Shown one piece after another: positions 54,934 to 64,000 of a DNA stretch of 64,000 nt. A program made the position numbers and the translations under genes. The stretch spans positions 24,676,001-24,740,000 of the forward strand of contig OX597820.1 of assembly GCA_951406725.2 (NCBI GenBank), in the 5' to 3' direction. The notes under the pieces were generated by a model. That model saw only the letters and a program-made list of their open reading frames with translations, ran no database searches and was not told the DNA's origin. The DNA is from Octopus vulgaris (Eukaryota). How positions within the stretch are numbered: the stretch's first letter is position 1; each line of letters begins with the position of its first letter.

Positions 54934-55688
54934 GTAAGAGGCATAAAATTTAAAATTTCGATTTATCTATTGTAAAAAACTGTCAAATCTTTATTGCTAA
55001 ATTTCAAATATAAATGTCATACAATTTTCAGGATGTACGCTGATACACATATGCATATAAAGCATGCACACAATATATGTTCATACGTTCACACAAAGAC
55101 AAATCTGTGCATACACTCATAAATACAAATGAACAGTAACTAATTGGGCAGTATATCTGGCTGCCAGCATCTACAGACGAAATGAAACAAACTGGGATGA
55201 AAAAGAAATGTAAATTCAAACCACAACATTGCACTACTTACGATTCGCCACCACATGTAAGATGCTAATGAACAAATCTGAAGCACCATTGAAATTACTC
55301 TAGATACTGACTGTTATATATGTAAATATATATATATATAAACTGAGGGAAAAGCTTGATTCTAAACAAATTGAAATTGATGAGACCTAACTAGTTTGAA
55401 ATAAGAATTCTTTCATAAGAGACCCACAGATTTTCTATATGATGCTACAGATCTCAGTTTCTCGGCAACTTTAAGTGTCTAAGCGTATTCTCACAAATAG
55501 AATTAATTCGTTTAGATACTCTGCAGTGTGTGACTTGGTTGGAAGTCTTAATTATAATTACTACGATCGTAGTTCAATTCGGTACTGAATACACTTTGTT
55601 TTGTGGAGGTTGTCGTTGTTTAACTCCAAGCCAGCCTTTACTAAATAGAACGACGGTCAAAGGCACCTCATATATCTTATACATACAA

Positions 55689-55733
<45 letters not shown>

Positions 55734-56166
55734 GTGTGTGTGTGCGTGAGTATGTAATATATATATATATATGTGTGTGCACACACATTTTATACATGCA
55801 TACACATATACCACACACACATATACACACATACAAATACATACACACATATATAAGTGGAGGAGAGTGGAGTTTATGGTATAACTTTTATCCCATGGTT
55901 TACAGTTGCTTCAAAAGACGGAGGTGACCAATCACATATCATATCTCTAGACGTCGATGGTGACGTCCGTTGAGTCATGCATATTATACAAGTTGTTACT
56001 TCGGAACTGATTAAATTACTTAATGCAGGAAACCATATGGTTGCTCGCTTAAATAAGAACCATTTAGCATTTATTGAAAGGGGCTTCTACTAAAACTGAA
56101 ATTTAACTGAGGTCAGCAAGAAGAGGGAGGTCGGCCGAATGTATTTGTTGATATTATAATAAATTA

Positions 56167-56380
56167 AGGCGGCGAGCTGGCAGAATCCATAAGCACGCTG
56201 GGTAAAATGCTTTGCTCCATTTTGTCCGTCTTTACGTTCTGAGATCAAGCTCCGCCGAGGTCAGTTTTGGCTTTCAGCCTTTCGGGGTCGATAAAATAAG
56301 TACCAGTTGAATACTAAAGTCAAATGTACTCGACTTACTCCTTCCCCTAAACTTCAGGCCTTGTGCCTATAGCAGAAAGG
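56167..56380 (+). mobile_element. SINE family A monomer (tail type 1)
   Basis: Full head GGCGGCGAGCTGGCAGAA; tail CCCCTAAACTTCAGGCCTTGTGCC. Confidence 0.85.
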
Positions 56381-56475
56381 ATATGACAAACAATTAGAAA
56401 TCAGTTGGTTCTAGGCAGATTTAAGTGTAATCATTCCTTGCTTACTATATATAGATGTACTTGCGTGCGCGTATG

Positions 56476-56565
<90 letters not shown>

Positions 56566-57670
56566 GCTGTGTACTAAGAAGTCTGCTTCTCAACCACAGG
56601 GTGGCATGTTGGGCAAGTGTCTTCTACTATTTGTACGTATGTATGTATTTATGTATGTATGTATCTACCTCTGTATGTATGGGTTAGGCTATTCAATGCC
56701 TTTGTCTATGTTTACGCATCTGGGCGTGAGTTTAGAGACATTTAACTCTGAATTCAATGAAGTCTATCTACCGTTAGAGGCTTCCTTGCAAGATAGACTA
56801 GATTCCTGAAAGGTTAATATATGTTAATCAATGGATAAAGATTAACTAAACACAGTGCAACAAGAATTGAAATATAACTTTTAGGATAGGTAGTATATAG
56901 GCATCATATCGATTTAATTAACTGGGCTTCTCGTCACCAGACACTGCAAAGTTGTATACGGAAACTGAATCAAAACCAAAAACAAAACAGAAAAAACATA
57001 ATGCTCATAAAGACAAAATAACGGAAAGGCATAGACTAAAAACATTCCATGAATTGAAAATTTATTAGGAAATATAAGTCAATTGAACTAAAATTACGTT
57101 GCAGGAATGTTTACATGTAATGTATACTATTCAGCATTCTTTTCATGTCGCTATAAAATCGATATTTAAACATACGCTGAAATCAATATGAAGGCGTGTT
57201 TAAAGTTATTCGTAAAAACTGTCCACTAGGAAGAGAGTGAAAACGAGGCTAGTAAACATTCACATGTACGCTTTATAGATCATTTGTTGTAGCAAAATAT
57301 CGTGCGAGGAAGTTCGACGGCCATTTGAAATATGTACAAATATGTCTATGTATCTGCGTGTTCAGGGCGGTGAGCTGGCAAAATCGTTAGCACGTCAGAC
57401 AAAATTCTTAGCAGCATTTCGTCCGTTTTTATGTCCTGAGTTCAAATTCCGCCAAGGTCTACTTTACGTTTTATTCTTTCTGAGTTGATAAAATAAATAC
57501 CAGTTAACCGCTAGCGTTGATGTAATCGACGATCCCGCTTCCTTAAAACTTGCTGGCCTTGTGCCAAAATTGGAAAACAATATATATCTGCATGTACGTA
57601 TATTTTGTTGCTAATTCTGTCAGATCGATTTAACGTTTATAGGAACCCTTGGTAGATATCCTAGATTCCT

Positions 57671-57898
57671 TCTTTCTTTACTACCCACAAGGGGCTAAAC
57701 ACAGAGGGGACAAACAAGGATAGACAAACAGATTAAGTCGTCGATTATATCGACCGCAGTGCGTAACTGGTACTTATTTAATCGACCCCGAACGGCAAAG
57801 TCGACCTCGGTGGAATTTGAACTCAGAACGTCGCAGCAGACGAAATACGGCTACGCATTTCGCTCGGCGTGCTAACGTTTTCTGCCAGCTCGCCGCCT
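57671..57898 (-). mobile_element. SINE family A monomer (tail type 2) with 14-bp target-site duplication
   Basis: TATCCTAGATTCCT at 57657-57670 and 57899-57912. Confidence 0.9.
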
Positions 57899-58161
57899 TA
57901 TCCTAGATTCCTGAACAGGTAATACCTTCATCAATTGATAATTATACTTACAAATATATATAGAGATAAGCAATTAAGCGGATAAACAAATTAGATTAAA
58001 TATAATATAATTTAATATAATAGTTTGAGTATGGAAGACAAATTATGTATATATGTATCCATGAAAAACGAGAGAAAGTAAAAGATGGAGACTTTCAGAC
58101 GATGTATAATTCGGTACAGATATATAGATATTTACATTAATGGATCGAACTTACACAGAAT

Positions 58162-58200
<39 letters not shown>

Positions 58201-58589
58201 AAGATATATAAACGAATATGTGGTGCCTTTGCCCGTCGCTCTACTTAGTAAAGGCTGGCTTGGAGATAAACAGCGACAACCCCCACAACAGTGCAGGTTG
58301 AGAAGACATTTGCAAATGAAATTAAACTGGCTATTAAAATAAATACATAATACGGTCTCAATGAAATTTTGAAAAAGAGACCATTTAGGCTTTTACTACT
58401 TATACACACTGTATTATTGAGAGATTGCATTAACAACGCAAAAGCACTCTGTTTGGTGAAACTGTTTAGTGAAACTCTGAATATTAGCGCTTGACGTAAA
58501 CAAAATCGATACGAGTAATAGATTTGAAATTTAACTAAAATATAGTGTTATAGTGATTGTAGTAATAGTTACTTTCATATTGTAATTAT

Positions 58590-58988
58590 TCTTTTCTGCT
58601 CTAGGTACAACGCTCGAAATTTTGGGGGAGGGACCTAGTCGATTAGATCAACCCTAGTACGCAACTGCTACTTAATTTATCAACCCTGAAAGGATGAAAG
58701 GCTAAGTCGACCTCAGCGGAATTTGAACTTAGAACGTAAAGTTAGACGAAATACCTATTTCTTTACTATCCACAAGGGACGAAACACTGAGAGGACAAAC
58801 AAAGACAGACAAACGGATTAAGTCGATTATATCCACCCCAGTGCGTAACTGATACTTATTTAATCGACCCCGAAAGGATGAAAGGCAAAGTCGACCGCGG
58901 TGAAATTTGAACTCAGGACGTAACGGCAGACGAAATACTGCTGAGCATGTCACCCGGTGCGCTAACGTTTCTGCTAGCTCGCCACCTT
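58590..58988 (-). mobile_element. SINE family A dimer (tail2 + tail1)
   Basis: Junction GAAATACCTATTTCTTT at ~58748-58764. Confidence 0.85.
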
Positions 58989-59181
58989 TTTCTTATAGTA
59001 ATTATTACGAAAATATTTTTGTTCAAATTAATTAGAATAGAGTTGAATAGAAATGAAAAACGTCCAGGGTTACAGCTATTATAAATTGATATAAATGCAA
59101 GGCTACAAAAAGACACACAGGCTTGAAAATAAAATCAAGCTGCGTATTGATATATGTAGTATATATATATATATTTATATA

Positions 59182-59261
59182 CAGCAATCCCTGGACTATC
59201 GCGGTTGTTACATTACAAAACCCCTGTGGTAGGTGAAAATCCGCGAAGTAGAAACAGTATC

Positions 59262-59265
<4 letters not shown>
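59182..59265 (+). mobile_element. pogo/Tigger-like terminal fragment
   Basis: TA|CAGCAATCCCTGGACTATCGCGG..AATCCGCGAAGTAG resembles Tigger-type termini. Confidence 0.5.
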
Positions 59266-59293
<28 letters not shown>

Positions 59294-59510
59294 CTGTGTC
59301 ACTTTGAAATCTATATATTTTCGACAGTAGTTCAGTAGCGACATCTAGCCAACCAAGCTACTCCACACTGATAAAGAGCAATAAGACAGAAACCGGTCCG
59401 CGGTTGTGAGGCTGTGCTGGGTAGAGGTACTAATCTTCCCTGTTCGAAAATATAACACAAATTTTTTTTTGTGTCGTATAGTCAGCTGAAACTGCTGAAA
59501 CGATGTTTCC

Positions 59511-60054
59511 TGGGGAAAGTACCAGTTGCGTGCTGGAGTCGATCTAATCGGCTGACCCCTACCCCAAAACTTCTGGCCTTGTGCTTAGAGCAAATAAGAA
59601 TATTTAGCTTGATTTTATTCTCAAGTGCCTCTTCGTTTTTCAATATGAATATCTGTTACTCCTCTCCTCTCGAGCAGATTCGGTAGCAAATTGATGCTAC
59701 CATCTTCTGTTGGCATCGGTATTCTCTGCTCCCATTCATCTAAATTATCTATGCATATGTATGGATGTACGCATGTATGTATGTATGTATGTATGTATGT
59801 ATGTATCTACGTATGTATGTACGAATTACGGAATGTATAGGGCATATGTGTGTTTAGCATACATGTGTATGTGTGTGTACGTCTATCAGCCTCTTTCATG
59901 CCGGCTATATTTTAACGGTATTTACATATGTCAATTATATATTGTGGCATTATTACTCTCTAAACCTGATCTCTTTCAATTTACGAAGTCCTTTGCTAAT
60001 CGTATTGCCCACAAGGAATATTTTCGTTATGGACATGAAATATTTATTTTTCTC

Positions 60055-60116
<62 letters not shown>

Positions 60117-60405
60117 GGGAAGCTTTATGAAAATAAACAAAAGACGAAGGCAGGTGGAATACAAACAAACAATTGTATTAGTATGCCGCTCAGGAATATA
60201 AATAAAACAAGTCTTATAAAGATATATATATGTATATATATATATATATATCACCGTGATCACCGTGACCGACCAGGCTATCACACACAGATATAGATAT
60301 TCACACATACACACATATACATATATGTGTGTGTGTTGATTGAGTGTCTAATGTCACTCTCTGACCGGCCATAACAAGCAACCTTCTAAACACACACACA
60401 CACAC

Positions 60406-60449
<44 letters not shown>

Positions 60450-62721
60450 GTACACATAGCTATGTATATGCATATATATGTATGTATATCTATGTATGTA
60501 TGTATGTATGTATGTATGTATGTATTTACGAATGAATGAATGTATAGGGCATATGTATGTTTATGCATTTATGTGTGTGTGTATGTATATGTGTGTGTAC
60601 GGATAGATGTGGGGAAAGAATAGACGGCAGAAAAGAAGAGAATAATTCATAAGATTTATAACCATCCTTCAACCAAACTCAGTTTTAGGCGTGAATTGTA
60701 CGATCCTATAAACAGTTTCTAATCTGTTTTCTTGTAACATATTAGTAATTCAATTTCTGACAGTGTGTGTATGCATTGGTGTGTTTTTAAGTGTCAGGGA
60801 GAGTGAGAGAGAGACAGAGAGAGACAGAGAGAGACAGAGAGAGACAGAGAGAGACAGAGAGAGAGGGAGAGAGGGGGAGAGAGAAAGAGAGAGAGAGAGA
60901 GTGAGAGAGAGGGATGGTGTCGGGAATGGGGAAACAGACAGATACAGAATGCGTATATGTGCGTGGTATATGTCTTTGTAATAGTATGTGTTTTCGTAGA
61001 TACAATTTCATGAAGCATCATCAGTATGCATGTGTGTTTCATTTTGGACATTACTCTGACTGTGGCAGGTTTCATAGAATCTTGGTGCTATGGGCATGTT
61101 CATTGACCTCTCTCTCAACAACACTCCACATCTAATAATTCAGTGGATTGAGATCTGGGGAATTAGGAGGCCAAATGTTAGGGGTAATGTGATCATGAAA
61201 ATTTTCAGCCATCCATTCCTGTGTTACTAGAGCCATGTGTGATAGTGCAGAGTCTCACTGAAACACATATGGTTTTCCATTGCATACACTATCTATTCAG
61301 GGCTTAACAATTATTTCCAGGACTTCAATGTAGACAGCAGATTTAACTCTCAGGCCTTGTGGAAAGAAGTAACGAGGCGTCACATGTCCTTCATTGCTGG
61401 CAACCCTTAAAACCATGACAGTTGCAGGAAATTTTGTATGTATAACACTTGGAACTTCTGAAGGGTCTGCACATAACCATCCGTCATTCTTCTGTTAACT
61501 TTTTGATCTAGGTCGCATATTTTCTCGGTTGAGAAAAAAACCAAATCAAATCTTCTGCTGGATTTTTCAGTCTGTTTAAGACCCTTTCAGATCTGTTGTG
61601 GTGACTTTCCTCTGCTTTTTGTGACAAATTGACCTTTTCTCAACATATAAGACTTATATCTGATGTGTTTGTGGACAACATTTCTGACTGTTTTTTCTGA
61701 GATCTTTTGCAATTAACCTCTTTGTGTTTCTGGAATTGTAATCAATGGTCTGATAAACTTGTTGGATAAATTCAGGTGTTCCGATTATTTCAGAGCATTT
61801 AGAATTCTTTTTCTCCTTTGATACTGGTGATGCGTTTTCATCTTCAGTTATTTTCATGGGGAAAGTACCAGTTGCGTACTGGGGTCGATCTAATCGACTG
61901 GCCTACTTCCCCAAAATTTCGGGTTGTGCTTAGAGCAAAAAAGAATATTTAGCTTGATTTTATTCTCAAGTGCCTCTTCGTTTTTCAATATGAATATCAG
62001 TTGCTTTTCTCCTCTCGACCATATCCGGTGGCATATTAATGCTACCATCTTCTATTGGCTGCGGTTTTCTCTGCTCCCATTCATCTAAATTATCTATGTA
62101 TATGTATGGATGTATGTATGCATGCATGCATGTGTATGTATATGTACGCATGTATGTATGTATCTACGTATGTATGTACGAATTACGGAATGTATAGGGC
62201 ATATGTATATTTATGCATATATATGTATGTGTGTGTATGTATATATGTGTGTACGTCTATCAGCCTCTTTCATGCCGAATATTTTTTAACGGTATTTACA
62301 TATGTCAATTATATATTGTGGCATTATTGCTCTAAACCTGATCTCTTTCAATTTACCAAGTCCTTTGCTAATCGTGTTGCCCACAAGGAATATTTTCGTT
62401 ATGGACGTGAAATATTTATTTTTCTCATGTATGCATATATATATATAGAGAGAGAGAGAGAGGGAGAGAGAGAGAAAGAGATGGCTAGATATAGATATTC
62501 ATACACACACACACACACACATACAGGATGGCAGGAAAGAAGAGAATAATTCATAAGATTTATAACCGTCCTTCAAACAGATTCAGTTTTAGGCGTGAAT
62601 TGTACGATCCTATAAACATTTTCTAATCTGTTTTCTTCTGACATATTAGTAATTCAATTTCTGGCAGTGTGTGTATGCATTGGTGTGTTTCTAAGTGTCA
62701 GGGAGAGTGATAGAGAGAGCA

Positions 62722-62806
<85 letters not shown>

Positions 62807-62956
62807 AAGAAAAAGAGAGAGAGAGAGGGATGGTGTCGGGAATGGGGAAACAGACAGATACAGAATGCGTATATGTGCGTGTTATATGTGTTTGTGATAG
62901 TATGTGTTTTCGTGGATGCAATTTCATGAAGCATCATCAGTATGCATGTGTGTTTG
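59511..62956 (+). repeat. Local duplication: copy A 59511-61039, copy B 61857-62956
   Basis: Colinear similarity from TGGGGAAAGTACCAGTTGCG to CATCAGTATGCATGTGTGTTT. Copy A has extra sequence at ~60060-60600. Confidence 0.9.
61040..61856 (-). mobile_element. Degenerate Tc1/mariner-superfamily transposase (maT/DD37D-like)
   Basis: NGKPYVFQ*DSALSH..TQEWMAENFHDHITPNIWPPNSPDLNPLNY on the minus strand. Confidence 0.85.
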
Positions 62957-63374
62957 TTTGGAGTGTGTTATGTTTGATGAGATCTCAACAAGCATGATAA
63001 ACAATATTAACAGCTGTCTGAAAGATGACAGTTTATGTAACGAGTGATTGAATCATACACGTTCAATGCTCAATCACGCTGTATACCGCGCAGTGTATTT
63101 TACAGAGCGATGCTTAAGATTTGATTCACATCGAATTCGACACCAGTGAATCAATCAATCATTATCAATTCATAATGATTTCGACAGAAGATGTAAATAT
63201 ATAACTGATATTTGTACGGGCTACGAGAGACTCTCTAAGTAGTGGCTGGACCTGTTTGAAATGGTGGTCAAATATAACACAAATTACTCTCTGTTGCACT
63301 GAAATGTGAAAATAAGTCTATGCATGTGTTTCTACGTGCAAAAATGTCAAAAAAGGACGGGATCCTGACCAGAT

Positions 63375-63580
63375 GAACGTCAAGTGACGCTCATGGCAGC
63401 GTCCTTGCATGCTCTTTGAAGTATGAGAAGTGTTTCGTCCCCCGTTTTACCCCAGCAGAAAACAGAATTTTGCAGAAGCACGCTGTCCCTTCGTTTCAGC
63501 CATCGCAAAAATCGACGAACTGAGGAGAAGGACTGCAAAACAAAGCCGCACCCCACGGCAGTTCGACCCGTCAAATTATT
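63375..63580 (-). mobile_element. Mariner transposase N-terminal remnant
   Basis: MAETKGQRASAKFCFLLG, frameshift, then KTGDETLLILQRACKDAAMS. Confidence 0.75.
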
Positions 63581-64000
63581 TTATGTCTTAATACATACAT
63601 CTACATCCTTCAGCAAATGTTTTAAATTAATTAACATTCACAACAGCAACATTCTTTTGTACACACTTTGTTCAGCGATCGTTTAAAAGTTGTAAAACGA
63701 TAAATTGTTTTTGTATGAAAAATTGAATTATGCCTTCTGAATTTTGTTGAAGCTTGACTTTATTCACCGTCACATTCAATCCTGAATTTTATAACATTTA
63801 GTACATGTTCAAAATAAATGTTGACTTTCTGTACTTTATTACACTGGTGTTGCATAGTAATTTTTGATAAATTGGTGACTTTCCGACGCTGGTCTATTTA
63901 TTTAGGAAATATTCGCTTTAAAAAAATTTTATAGCGTAACTATGCTACAGAAAATATGTTTTGCACCTATATTGACTACATTTCGTTTTGCTTGAACTTC

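Noticed and set aside
60990-61030. CTGATGA..GAAA on minus strand (also ~62910-62945)
   Set aside because: No credible stem I or stem II; chance core match.

Overview
AT-rich animal genomic DNA, very dense in microsatellites ((TA)n, (CA)n, (TAGA)n, (CATA)n, (AAT)n). The SINE types and repeat landscape point to an octopus or other coleoid cephalopod (inference). Most of the window looks intronic or intergenic. The only convincing host coding segment is a 599-nt exon (54335-54933, +) encoding part of an LIVBP-like amino-terminal domain, most like an ionotropic glutamate (NMDA-type) receptor. Nearly all ORF-track entries are microsatellite artefacts. The rest is transposon debris: an R4/Dong LINE fragment, Penelope-like elements (PLEs), Tc1/mariner, pogo and hAT remnants, Helitron ends and three tRNA-derived SINE families. 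The main hidden layer is RNA structure. There are about a dozen type I hammerhead ribozyme (HHR) motifs, including one canonical copy, U3-A8 core variants and very long stem II variants. One HHR forms the 3' end of a tRNA-headed SINE-like element. Other notable items are a SINE with the same self-junction at six loci, several foldbacks and a templated inverted insertion. Coordinates were read by eye; repeat boundaries are approximate and no searches were run.
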